A stretch of DNA of 36,527 nucleotides from an uncultured Coriobacteriaceae bacterium (lineage in GTDB: Bacteria > Actinomycetota > Coriobacteriia > Coriobacteriales > UMGS124): the NCBI GenBank assembly GCA_902783515.1, contig CACZRK010000170.1:1-36527 (forward strand). The letters run 5' to 3'. A model generated the notes under the pieces. That model searched no databases and was not told the DNA's origin. It saw nothing but the letters and a program-made list of their open reading frames with translations. How positions within the stretch are numbered: position 1 is the first letter of the stretch; each line of letters begins with the position of its first letter. A program made the position numbers and the translations under genes. Positions 7,923-17,290 of the stretch are shown in pieces.

Positions 7923-9479
7923 TCATGCGTCGGTGTCGTGCCGCTCGATGACGGCAAGGAGCTCCTCGCGCGTATGGACGCCTAGCTTGCGATAGATCGA
8001 CTTCGTGTGCGCCTTCACTGTGTTCTCAGACAGAACGAGGCATGACGCGATGGACGCGATCGTTTTCCCACGCGCGAGTTCGCACAGGACCTCATGCTCA
8101 CGGGCCGAGAGGTGGTCGCTCGCTGCGATGGCGTCACAGCTACGCGTTAAGGCGGCAACGTATGACCCTTCGGAACCAGGAGCGATCGTGAGTTCTACGC
8201 TCTTCGTTCGCACCTTTGAGGAAGCAAGGCTAATCGGAATCACGGGCACCACATATTCGAAGGAGTATACGTCGCGATCGAAGTAGTTCACGCGAAAGAT
8301 GCTGTAGGAGCGGTTTGACAGCAGGACGAACCCAAAGAACAGGATGGCGTACGTGAGAGTCATGACCATGACGGAAGCAATTGACGAGTCCACAGCGCTT
8401 ACGAGGTGCTCGAGAACCGTTCCAAGCACAAGCCCACCGACGTTTGCGATCATCGCGGCAGAAAACACGCGCACGGGATTGTGTCCCGCCATGGCAACGA
8501 TGGGACCGAGCGCAAGATATACCATCGAGAGAAACAGATAGTAGCCGGAGAAGAGGAGCATCGGAACAAGCTGCGTGTCCGATCCGGTGGGGAGCGCATG
8601 GAAGAGCATCGCCGCGGAAAGCAGAACGAGCACGGCAGTGGGCGACAGAAGGAAGCCGTGTCGTTCTGCTGCAACTTCTGCCAGCGTGATGGCGATCATG
8701 ACAACGATGACAACGGAGAGCACCGAGGCCCATACGGTATGCAAGGACATTGTCGCCCGAATTCCCTCACTATCGATCAGATAGTTGTAAGGGATGGAGA
8801 ATATCGCAATGCAGATATAGAAAAGCGCCGCCGATCTGCGAGGTTTGCTTGCCGTTCTTGGGACCCACGAGTCCATGAGACCCTCCATGAGACGGTTCAC
8901 GCGTCGCAGGCACGCAAGGCTTGCCATGGGTAGGCATACATATACGATTAATGCGACAGCATCAGGCAACTCAACTTCAATAAAGTAGAGAACAACCGAC
9001 ATAACGATAGCAACAAGCGTGATGAAGAGCTGCTCGTCTTTAGGGTCCATGAACTTATACGTCTCTCCCCATGCCACGATGAGGGGGGTTGTTCCGCAAG
9101 CAAGCAGCACGTCGCTCGCGAGCAATAGGGGCAAGGGAAGGTGGACGATGGTGCTGACGAGAAGCGTTACCTGGCCGACGGCGATCAGCGCCCCCATGGT
9201 CTCAATCGAATGTTTCCAACGGAGGAGCGTTGACACTCTGCGCGAGAGCGCAAGACAGACGACGAACATGGCGAGTGTCGCGAGCGTGTTCACGACCCAG
9301 AAGCTTCCAACGCGTGACACTTGCGAGCCCTCGAATATCGTCCAGAAAAATGTCACGCCATGGAGCGTCGCCCACTGAGTGGCCATGCCTACGGTGGCGA
9401 GCATGACGGCGATGACGCGCTGCACATCGAACGACGAGCCGCCGCCCGCGCCGATGTCTCCTTCGCACAACGCTGCCAT
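7923..9479 (-). CDS. Polytopic-membrane LuxR-family regulator
   Basis: Track ORF 7923-9629 (TTG start). I prefer ATG at comp. 9477-9479 (AAGGGAG, 6-nt spacer). About 12 hydrophobic segments. The C-terminus reads LSAREHEVLCELARGKTIASIASCLVLSENTVKAHTKSIYRKLGVHTREELL. Confidence 0.85.
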   Translation of the reverse strand: MAALCEGDIGAGGGSSFDVQRVIAVMLATVGMATQWATLHGVTFFWTIFEGSQVSRVGSFWVVNTLATLAMFVVCLALSRRVSTLLRWKHSIETMGALIAVGQVTLLVSTIVHLPLPLLLASDVLLACGTTPLIVAWGETYKFMDPKDEQLFITLVAIVMSVVLYFIEVELPDAVALIVYVCLPMASLACLRRVNRLMEGLMDSWVPRTASKPRRSAALFYICIAIFSIPYNYLIDSEGIRATMSLHTVWASVLSVVIVVMIAITLAEVAAERHGFLLSPTAVLVLLSAAMLFHALPTGSDTQLVPMLLFSGYYLFLSMVYLALGPIVAMAGHNPVRVFSAAMIANVGGLVLGTVLEHLVSAVDSSIASVMVMTLTYAILFFGFVLLSNRSYSIFRVNYFDRDVYSFEYVVPVIPISLASSKVRTKSVELTIAPGSEGSYVAALTRSCDAIAASDHLSAREHEVLCELARGKTIASIASCLVLSENTVKAHTKSIYRKLGVHTREELLAVIERHDTDA

Positions 9480-9599
9480 TCGTCGCTCCCTTGGATCCAG
9501 TCGCATTGCCCTCTCATGGTTACATCTTCGTAGTTCGTCTCGACAGTGGCAATGCTTCCAGCTGTGTCGGCTGCAGTATGGCTGAGCCGCGGCGTGAGA

Positions 9600-9624
9600 G
9601 GCTTTACCCGTTTCGGGTAAAGCC
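9600..9624. promoter_or_regulatory. Perfect 25-nt palindrome in the divergent LuxR/reductase control region (candidate operator)
   Basis: GGCTTTACCCG-TTT-CGGGTAAAGCC. I checked all 11 arm positions base by base. Confidence 0.45.
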
Positions 9625-9792
9625 CGCAAGATCGAATTGAATTACCTGAGACAGGTGTATCGCGTTCGACTGGTTTCTCTCCACGATGAGCATGTCGAGC
9701 CTGCGCACGAGCGGCATGCCGCGTTGCTCGTGGCGGACTTTGAGCGGCATCCGTAATTTGAATGCACGTCCAGGGACAAGGAGGGCTTTTCC

Positions 9793-11742
9793 ATGGAGAT
9801 CACCAGAAGGGGATTCGTTGGGATGGCAGGGGCGATCGGCGCAACGGCGCTGGGAACACGCTCTTTGAGCGCGCCAGCGATTGCCTCCACATCTTCGACC
9901 GCCGATGACAGCGTGGCATCGAAGAGCCCTGTTGCCGCCTATGACGCAGACGTCTGCGTCATAGGCGGCGGCAACTCGGGACTTGCTGCCGCCGTCGAGG
10001 CGGCCCAGCAGGGCCTGGGCGTCGTACTGCTCGAGAAACAAGGGTCTACGGGCGGCGGCGGAATTGGCACGGAAGGCGTCTTCGCGGTCGGATCTCAGAT
10101 GCAGAAAGACGCTGGGATTGAGATTGAGCCCGCTGAGGTCATCGCCACCGAGATGAGCTACTCGCACAACCGTGCGAACGGGCAGAAGTGGCTTGATCTC
10201 ATCAACAACTCCGGCGACAACGTGAGCTGGTTGCAGGAGTGCGGTGTCAATTTCACCGGCGTCGTGGATGACTACCATGGCGGTCAGTACAAGACGTTCC
10301 ACTGGTTCGGCGTGAATCGCGCCCACGACGACTACACGCCTGCCATGACGAAGACGGCGGAGAGTCTTGGCGTGCAGATTCTCACGTGGACCCCGGCACA
10401 GTCCCTCCTGCAGGATTCGGACGGCACGATCACGGGCGTTCTCGCAGAGAAGCAAAACGGCGACATCGTCAAGGTTAACGCAAAGGCGGTCGTGCTCGCG
10501 ACCGGGGGCTTTGCAAACAATGATGACTATCTGCAAGAAGGCGGCTTCTCGGACACAACCAATGTCGTGCGTTTCCTCTACGGCTTCAATGGCGACGGCG
10601 TTCGCATGGCCGTTGAAGCGGGTGGCGCTGACAATATCCCGCGTATTTCCGGCCTCATGCAGCTCACTGTCTCCGGGGCTCCGGGAGGAGAGTACGGAAC
10701 GTTCGGCCAGGGAGACGGCCTTGTCGTGGCGGGGCACGCTGCGCAGTCAATCTGGGTGAATGAGGACGCCGAACGGTTCTGCGCCGAGTCCGCGGGCGTC
10801 GAGAACTGGATGGCGGACATGGTGCCGTCGCTTATGCACGCGAAGCTCTACTCCATCTATGACGCAAAGGTGTTCAAGGCCGCGTTTGACGGCATGATTG
10901 CTCCACGTATCGACTGGGACGCCACACAGGAAGAGCTTCGACAGCGCATCGAGGAGAACCCGTACAATGACTTCTTTAGCGCGGACACACTTGATGAGCT
11001 CGCAGGGAAGGCGGCTGATGCCTGCGGTCTTGACTATGACACACTGATCAGGACCATCGAGGACTACAACGACATGTGCGATGCCGGGGCAGACGCGTAC
11101 TTCGGCAAGCCCGCCGAGTATCTGCAAAAGCTCGAGAATCCACCCTACTACTTCTGCTATATGCCGCAGGCATGCATGGTGACGTTCGGCGGCATTCGCA
11201 CGAATCGCAAGATGGAGGTTGTTGACAGGAACGGCAGGGCGATACCTGGCCTGTATTCGTGCGGCGTCGACTCCGCCGACCTGTGGCCCAACGTCTACAC
11301 TATCAACGTTCCTGGCGGATGCAACGCGAACAACATCAACTCCGGGCGTAGCGCGGGCAGGAATGCTGCGACCTATATTGGCGCTGGTGCGCTTGGTGCG
11401 GTGAAGTCCCAGGGTGACACGAGCCCATCCGCCCCCGACGCACACTGGCCTGCACCGGAGGGCGCGTGGGCCGACGGCTCATACACCGACACCGAACGCG
11501 GGATGTTTGGCGACATTACGGTGAGCGTCACGATTCAGGGTGGCAAGGTCACGGCGATCACGCAGACAAACGAACTTGAGACCACCTACGTGGGAGTCCC
11601 GGCCATGGAGGATGAGCTCATCCCCGCTGTCATCAATGCACAAACCAGTGATGTGGCGACTGTGGCTGGTGCCACGATGACGTCGAATGGTTTTCGTTCG
11701 GCAGTACAGGCATGTCTGGAACAGGCGGCACATGCGTCTTAA
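9793..11742 (+). CDS. Tat-signal FAD-dependent reductase with a C-terminal FMN_bind-like domain
   Basis: AAGGAGGG lies 7 nt upstream of the ATG. MEITRRGFVGMAGAIGATALG is the Tat signal and YDADVCVIGGGNSGLAAAVEAAQQGLGVVLLEK is the FAD fold. The last ~90 aa (GMFGDITVSVTIQGGKVTAITQ...DVATVAGATMTSNGFRSAV) look like an FMN_bind module with a GAT flavinylation motif. Confidence 0.9.
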   Translation: MEITRRGFVGMAGAIGATALGTRSLSAPAIASTSSTADDSVASKSPVAAYDADVCVIGGGNSGLAAAVEAAQQGLGVVLLEKQGSTGGGGIGTEGVFAVGSQMQKDAGIEIEPAEVIATEMSYSHNRANGQKWLDLINNSGDNVSWLQECGVNFTGVVDDYHGGQYKTFHWFGVNRAHDDYTPAMTKTAESLGVQILTWTPAQSLLQDSDGTITGVLAEKQNGDIVKVNAKAVVLATGGFANNDDYLQEGGFSDTTNVVRFLYGFNGDGVRMAVEAGGADNIPRISGLMQLTVSGAPGGEYGTFGQGDGLVVAGHAAQSIWVNEDAERFCAESAGVENWMADMVPSLMHAKLYSIYDAKVFKAAFDGMIAPRIDWDATQEELRQRIEENPYNDFFSADTLDELAGKAADACGLDYDTLIRTIEDYNDMCDAGADAYFGKPAEYLQKLENPPYYFCYMPQACMVTFGGIRTNRKMEVVDRNGRAIPGLYSCGVDSADLWPNVYTINVPGGCNANNINSGRSAGRNAATYIGAGALGAVKSQGDTSPSAPDAHWPAPEGAWADGSYTDTERGMFGDITVSVTIQGGKVTAITQTNELETTYVGVPAMEDELIPAVINAQTSDVATVAGATMTSNGFRSAVQACLEQAAHAS

Positions 11743-11834
11743 GTGCGTCGTGTTCCTGCTGGTGGGCAAATGCACGCTATGCCCGAGGTTCGAGGAGGCT
11801 GCGCGGAGCCCCCATGTGGAGAGGATGGTATGAA

Positions 11835-13538
11835 ATGAGCAATGGTAGTCGAGTGAGCCGTCGTTCATTCATCGCCGGAGCCACAGCGACAGCAGGCGTC
11901 TTTGCTGTTTCCTCACTGGCGCAGGCATCTGAATCAACGAAGAAGGGCTTGCCGGAGTCCAGTGCAGGCGTCACTGCTGATGACAAGTGGGCATTTGAGA
12001 TTGCTCCCGACAAGATCGCCGAAAAGGACATCGTCAAGACGAAGTCCGCGGACGTAGTGGTCGTTGGCTGCGGCATGTCGGGCTTGGTGACCGCCGCTTC
12101 TGCCGCTGAGAACGGACTCTCGGTGATTATCGTCACGGCGTCCGAGGGGCCAGTCAGCCGGGGTGGATCTAACAATGCTATTTACTCCAAGACAATGGAG
12201 TCTCTTGGTTTAAAGAAAGTAGATCAAGACTGGTATAGAACACAGTATATGATAAATAATGGAAATTTTAAGCCAGGTTTCTGGTACAAGCACTATAACC
12301 ATTCCGAAGAGGCAATGAACTGGCTGATTGACATTGCAACAGCGGCGGGGATTAAGACGACAGTCGAGAGTGGTGCAGAGTACTCTGAGGACGACATCAT
12401 GTACACGCCTGCCGGTGCCCATGCGTTCTATGTCGATGACGAGGAACTCAATGGTACCGTCGGCACGGGTGAGGCGCACATTGCTGCGGAGCTCGCTCGC
12501 CATGTCGTCGAGGATTTGGGTCAAGAGATCGATTATCAGACTAGAGCGGTGCGATTGGTACGTGGATTGGATGACGCGAGCGGAAAAGTCACGGCAGTTA
12601 TCGCTCAAACAACGGCTGGTGACTATGTGAAGTACGAGGGTGCCAAGGGCATCGTCATGGCGACGGGAGATTTCACGCATAACCGCGACATGATGGCGAG
12701 ATATGCACCAGAGGTCATGGAGCTTTGCGACTTCTCAAAGGAGGTCGACTACGATGCGGGCCTCATGACTAACGGTATATATGACGGCGAAGGCCAGCAG
12801 ATGGAGCTTTGGATCGGCGCTGCGTGGCAGAAGACACCAAACGTCATCATGCTCGGTCGACCGAACTTGCCGGCAGACAACCCATATACTTCACATACCG
12901 GTCTTATGGTTGATAAGAACGGTCAACGATTCATGAACGAGGACGTGCTGGGCGGCGTTGCTTGTGCCACAATCATGCATCTGCCCGGAGATACGTGCTA
13001 CTGCATCTGGTCGGCAAATCGCGCTGCAGCCGGTGGTCCTTGGGGTAAGCCAAACTATGCCCATGGAGAGCGATTCGCTGATGCGGCAGAGATGCAAGCG
13101 ACGTGGGATGAGGATACGTATGGCTATGGCATTGTAAGGGAGGAGACACTCGACGAACTCATCAACAAGCTTGGTCTGCCCGCTGCGACGATGGATACCA
13201 TTGCGCGCTACAACGAAATGTGCAATGCGGGCGAGGACGTGGACTACTACAAGGATGCATCCAAGCTTATCCCGATAGAAGGGGGACCGTTCTATGGTTG
13301 CTCCTATAAACCTATGCTACTGACGGTTCTTGGTGGCACGCGTACAAATGTTGACCTGCAGGTTCTTGACGCTAAGGACGAGCCGATCGACGGCCTGTTC
13401 AACGTCGGAACAATGATCGGTGACTTTTATTCCGGCGTGTACACTTTTGCCATGGAGGGCATGAACTACGGGTCTACGTGCATTACACTGCCGTATCTGC
13501 TTGGCAAGGATCTCGCTGCCGGCAAGTTCGACAAGTAG
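11835..13538 (+). CDS. Tat-signal FAD-dependent reductase, second gene of a two-reductase operon
   Basis: Track ORF 11712-13538. I moved the start to ATG 11835. MSNGSRVSRRSFIAGATATAGVFAVSSLAQA is the Tat signal and ADVVVVGCGMSGLVTAASAAENGLSVIIV is the FAD fold. The gap to the upstream gene is 92 bp with no hairpin. Confidence 0.9.
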   Translation: MSNGSRVSRRSFIAGATATAGVFAVSSLAQASESTKKGLPESSAGVTADDKWAFEIAPDKIAEKDIVKTKSADVVVVGCGMSGLVTAASAAENGLSVIIVTASEGPVSRGGSNNAIYSKTMESLGLKKVDQDWYRTQYMINNGNFKPGFWYKHYNHSEEAMNWLIDIATAAGIKTTVESGAEYSEDDIMYTPAGAHAFYVDDEELNGTVGTGEAHIAAELARHVVEDLGQEIDYQTRAVRLVRGLDDASGKVTAVIAQTTAGDYVKYEGAKGIVMATGDFTHNRDMMARYAPEVMELCDFSKEVDYDAGLMTNGIYDGEGQQMELWIGAAWQKTPNVIMLGRPNLPADNPYTSHTGLMVDKNGQRFMNEDVLGGVACATIMHLPGDTCYCIWSANRAAAGGPWGKPNYAHGERFADAAEMQATWDEDTYGYGIVREETLDELINKLGLPAATMDTIARYNEMCNAGEDVDYYKDASKLIPIEGGPFYGCSYKPMLLTVLGGTRTNVDLQVLDAKDEPIDGLFNVGTMIGDFYSGVYTFAMEGMNYGSTCITLPYLLGKDLAAGKFDK

Positions 13539-13569
13539 GGAAGCTAGCCGATTGAGCTGATAAGCGCTT

Positions 13570-13610
13570 GACCCCGTCGGGATGCAGAAAGCGTCTCGAC
13601 GGGGTCTTTT
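13570..13610. terminator. Rho-independent-type terminator shared by convergent genes
   Basis: GACCCCGTCG-17 nt-CGACGGGGTC is a 10-bp perfect stem followed by TTTT. It ends 2 nt before the stop codon of the convergent LuxR gene (13612). Confidence 0.7.
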
Positions 13611-13611
13611 C

Positions 13612-15189
13612 TCACTGCCGCCCGTTATCTCCGATAGGCGAAATCATCTCGATGGCATCGAGCATCTCCTGACGGTCGGTCACGCCCATCTTCTGGTAGA
13701 TACGCGCGACATACGTCTTCACCGTGCTGCGAGAGATGGACAGTCGCTCGGCGATGTGCGGGATGCTACGGCCTCTCGCCACGAGACTCATCACCTCTGC
13801 CTCCCGCTTTGTGAGCTCGTAGCGCTGGATTGCCAGCATGCACTGGTCGGCGAAGAGATACGCCTCTGCCTTCGGATAGTTGATGGTGGGGTTGAGATGC
13901 GCTCGGTGAAAGATGCTGCGGCTATCGAGTAGAGCCGAGGTGAGGAGCACGAGGACGCAGATGGCGCTGACGACGAAGACGAGCGTCCCGTCCTCTGCCG
14001 CGAATAGTTCGTCGCGCAGATCGATGAAGGCCAGCGCGCCGAGGGGTACCGCGCTCTCGATCGCGCGATACACGCCGAAGGCCAGGCCGGGACGCACGCC
14101 ATCCTTGGCGCACAGGCTTGCGACAAGCACAAAGACGAACAGGTCAAAGCATGTGTAGCCAATCGATACAAGTGTTGAGCTGAGCCCCGAGTAATAGTTG
14201 AAGGCCACTGCGAAGAGCAAGCCGGAAAACACCAAAGGCAATACAAGTTTCGAGATATATGAGACGGTGAACGTGCCTTGCGTAGCGAGGCAGACGACGA
14301 GCAGGACAGTCATGATAACGAGCGATCCGACAATGGTCGCGATGCCGAGTCGCTCGGCGCCATCACCCGTCAATGACGCGCCCGTGCGCGCATCGAGCAT
14401 GATCATCCAAGTTATGATGCCGAACAGGACAAAGACGACCATCACACGCCAGATGTCCGCGACAAACGCGTTGTGTCGCGCGCCAGCATGCGCGGACGTG
14501 AGATATGGCGCGGTTGGAGTACCCGCGTCATTGCTGACGCTGCCACCCCCGCGCGGCGGTGCTAGATGATAGGCGACCATCGAGCCCGGTAGCAGCATTG
14601 CGAAGAGCGTTCCCCGCACGATCGTCGGCAGTGGCGCGAGGACGAGGCATGTGAGCAGCGCAATGCAAAAGCTCGATAGCGCAAGAGTCGTGATGACATG
14701 CGCATCAAGCGCACAGTAACGGATCCCCCAAGCAACGATTATGAATGCGGCAAAGACGCGACCGACGCCTCGATAAAGCGCGACGGACATGTCTGACCCG
14801 ATCGTGCCGTGCGTGGCAAGTATTAGCGTCGCGAGTGTTGTCAGCCCCGCGAGTATGGCAGCGGTGTCAGCCATCCTCGGAAAATGCGCGGTCTTTGAGA
14901 GCATCAGAGCGACGAGCAAATAGCTTGTCGCGTTGCAGATTGCGCCGATGACTGTTGCTGTCCACTGCACGCCTGCAAATCGGTCGGGTGGCACGACCGG
15001 AAAGAGGTAGATGTCAGTAAGATTCCACGCATAGAAGCATGCAAGGCCAATGGCATAGGGGAGAAGCGCCAGTAATGCTCCATCGCCGGAGGGGCGTGCC
15101 CATCGGGTGATCGGCACGCCCGGCGCCGCAAGTCGTACTTTCTGGTCGACGTGCTCTTCTACGGTGTTGGCCTGTTGATCTGACCACAT
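13612..15189 (-). CDS. Polytopic-membrane LuxR-family regulator
   Basis: Track ORF 13612-15282 (GTG start). I prefer ATG at comp. 15187-15189, though its RBS is weak. There are many hydrophobic segments. The C-terminus reads LTKREAEVMSLVARGRSIPHIAERLSISRSTVKTYVARIYQKMGVTDRQEML. Confidence 0.8.
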   Translation of the reverse strand: MWSDQQANTVEEHVDQKVRLAAPGVPITRWARPSGDGALLALLPYAIGLACFYAWNLTDIYLFPVVPPDRFAGVQWTATVIGAICNATSYLLVALMLSKTAHFPRMADTAAILAGLTTLATLILATHGTIGSDMSVALYRGVGRVFAAFIIVAWGIRYCALDAHVITTLALSSFCIALLTCLVLAPLPTIVRGTLFAMLLPGSMVAYHLAPPRGGGSVSNDAGTPTAPYLTSAHAGARHNAFVADIWRVMVVFVLFGIITWMIMLDARTGASLTGDGAERLGIATIVGSLVIMTVLLVVCLATQGTFTVSYISKLVLPLVFSGLLFAVAFNYYSGLSSTLVSIGYTCFDLFVFVLVASLCAKDGVRPGLAFGVYRAIESAVPLGALAFIDLRDELFAAEDGTLVFVVSAICVLVLLTSALLDSRSIFHRAHLNPTINYPKAEAYLFADQCMLAIQRYELTKREAEVMSLVARGRSIPHIAERLSISRSTVKTYVARIYQKMGVTDRQEMLDAIEMISPIGDNGRQ

Positions 15190-15424
15190 TGCAGCCCCGT
15201 TTCGATAGCGTAGGTGCAAGTCGTGGGCGCAGACGCGGATGACGCATGGATGGCGAGATGCTCTGAAGCGTCGGGCGACCACGCGTCATCAGGCGTGCAC
15301 CCAAATGGTCTGGTTGCGCGCGCCGCCGCTCGGGACGACGTGCGGTCGACAACGACCCATAACGGCGTCTCGATTATAGGGTGACGGGATGGCGTCGGGA
15401 ATATTCGAGTGAATGGGGGATGAA

Positions 15425-17092
15425 ATGGGGTCAGCGAATACGTCGCGTAGGAGCTTTATCGCACTCGGTGCCGCTGTCGGCGCGATGGCGGTGGGGTCAG
15501 GGAGCCTTTCTGCGCTTGCCAAGGATGGCGAGAAGGTGGACTCTTCGCGGAAGGGCGACGTTGCAAGCGCTGGGGTCGACGCCAAGACTGATGCGCAGGC
15601 GCCGCTGCTTATGCCGAATCCTACGGGCATTGAGTTTCATCCGCCCGTGGAAGGTGAGAGCGCGTTCATTGCCGCACCTGTCAAGGAAAACGAGATCACC
15701 GAGACGGTCACGACCGACGTTGTCGTGTGCGGTGCCGGTATGAGTGGGGTCACGTGCGCCCTTTCCGCCGCGCAGAACGGTCTGAACGTCGTTCTACTTG
15801 AGAAGGGACAGGTATTTGCGGCACGTGGCACCGAGGTTGGCGCTATCGGCGATCGCGTGCACGCTGAGGCCGGTGTTGAGCTCGATCCTGACAAGTACCT
15901 TGCGGACGCGATGGCGACGGCTCACTTCCGCTGCGACCGCAATGTATGGTTGCGGTGGATCCAGCGCTCGGGCGAAGCGCTCGACTGGGCAATGGACCAG
16001 TGCGGTGACGCTTGCGGGAAGTTCTTCTGTGTTGGCGGAAACGTTGAGTTCGCTGGTGTGACTACGTGGGGAACTGGCGTGCGCTGCGACAACGGCATCC
16101 ACTCGTTTGTCGAGGCGCTGCTGAACGCGGCTGTTGCCGCCGGTGTTGACCTGCGCTACGAGACGCCTGCCTGCCAGCTCGTCAAGGACGCGTCCGGCAG
16201 GGTCACCGGCGTCATCGCAAAGAGCACGGAGGGCGAATACGTTCGCTTTGAGGCGGCAAAGGGCGTCGTCCTGGCGACTGGCGGATATGAGCATAACTGG
16301 GAGATGATCTCCCAGCGCTGCCGTCCGCGTGACATGGCTGCCTACGCTTGGAACAACCCAACTGTCACAGACACGGGCGATGGCATTGCGATGGGCGTTG
16401 CTGCAGGCGCGTCCGAAGATGATTACCCGCATATCCTGATGAATGATCCCGCCGGTGCACTGACCGGCGACCGCGCCAATGGCATCATGCCGGCTTTTTT
16501 GCGCGTTAACGCGAACGGTGAGCGGTTCGTTAACGAGAGCCTGTCGTTTGAGTACATGACGAATGCGATCATGTACCAGCCGGGTGCGCGAGATTACGTG
16601 ATCATGAGCGGCGATCTCACCGCTGCGGTCGATGCGATCAAGGGCGGTGCGCCGTGGTCGACCGAGGACATGATCGCAACGATCGAACCTGTCCTCATCA
16701 AGGCTGACACGCTCGAAGAGCTCGCAAAGACATGTGGCATCGACGTCGATGGTCTTGCGAAGACGGTTGAGCGCTATAACGAGCTGTGCGACGCGGGCGA
16801 GGATGCCGACTTCGGAAAGAACCCGAAGGCCCTGCTGCCGTTGCGTGAGGGTCCGTACTATGCCGTTGAGGAAAGCGGTACGTGCCTTGTGACCGTGAAC
16901 GGCCTGCGCACTAACGCGCGCTCCGAGGTGCTCGACCTGAAGGAGAGGCCGATCCCCGGGCTGTATGCGCTGGGCAACTCCTCCGGTAGCATGTTCTTCG
17001 GAACCTACCCGCACCATCTGAGCGCTATCAGCCACGGTCGCTGCGTGACGTTCGGGTATCTGCTCGGCAGGGAGCTTGCCGGAATTGAGTAG
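15425..17092 (+). CDS. Tat-signal FAD-dependent reductase
   Basis: Track ORF 15413-17092. ATG 15425 has GGGGGA 4 nt upstream, and ATG 15413 is an alternative start. MGSANTSRRSFIALGAAVGAMAVGSGSLSALA is the Tat signal and TDVVVCGAGMSGVTCALSAAQNGLNVVLLEK is the FAD fold. Confidence 0.9.
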   Translation: MGSANTSRRSFIALGAAVGAMAVGSGSLSALAKDGEKVDSSRKGDVASAGVDAKTDAQAPLLMPNPTGIEFHPPVEGESAFIAAPVKENEITETVTTDVVVCGAGMSGVTCALSAAQNGLNVVLLEKGQVFAARGTEVGAIGDRVHAEAGVELDPDKYLADAMATAHFRCDRNVWLRWIQRSGEALDWAMDQCGDACGKFFCVGGNVEFAGVTTWGTGVRCDNGIHSFVEALLNAAVAAGVDLRYETPACQLVKDASGRVTGVIAKSTEGEYVRFEAAKGVVLATGGYEHNWEMISQRCRPRDMAAYAWNNPTVTDTGDGIAMGVAAGASEDDYPHILMNDPAGALTGDRANGIMPAFLRVNANGERFVNESLSFEYMTNAIMYQPGARDYVIMSGDLTAAVDAIKGGAPWSTEDMIATIEPVLIKADTLEELAKTCGIDVDGLAKTVERYNELCDAGEDADFGKNPKALLPLREGPYYAVEESGTCLVTVNGLRTNARSEVLDLKERPIPGLYALGNSSGSMFFGTYPHHLSAISHGRCVTFGYLLGRELAGIE

Positions 17093-17212
17093 CGCGTGAT
17101 TATCTGTCCGTACGGCTTGAGCGATCGTGCTCGAGCGACCGTCCAATCGCGGATGGGAGCATTGGTAGCACACGGTAGCGCGTGATCACAACTACCGGCG
17201 AGGCTGCTGGTA

Positions 17213-17230
17213 CGAGGGAGGGCTCCCTCG
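17213..17230. terminator. First of a short series of hairpins between convergent reductase genes
   Basis: CGAGGGA-GGGC-TCCCTCG, a 7-bp stem with no clear U-tract. Weaker hairpins follow up to about 17300. Confidence 0.3.
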
Positions 17231-17290
17231 CCCTGTCATCACGGGGCAAGGGAGTCCTTCCCTACATCGCGAGGGTCTTGCGAGAGGGGC

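Noticed and set aside
15238-15290. The 8-bp inverted repeat GATGACGC ... GCGTCATC in the LuxR/reductase spacer 15190-15424.
   Set aside because: The arms are short and separated by 37 nt. In GC-rich DNA this is plausibly chance, and no supporting feature was found.
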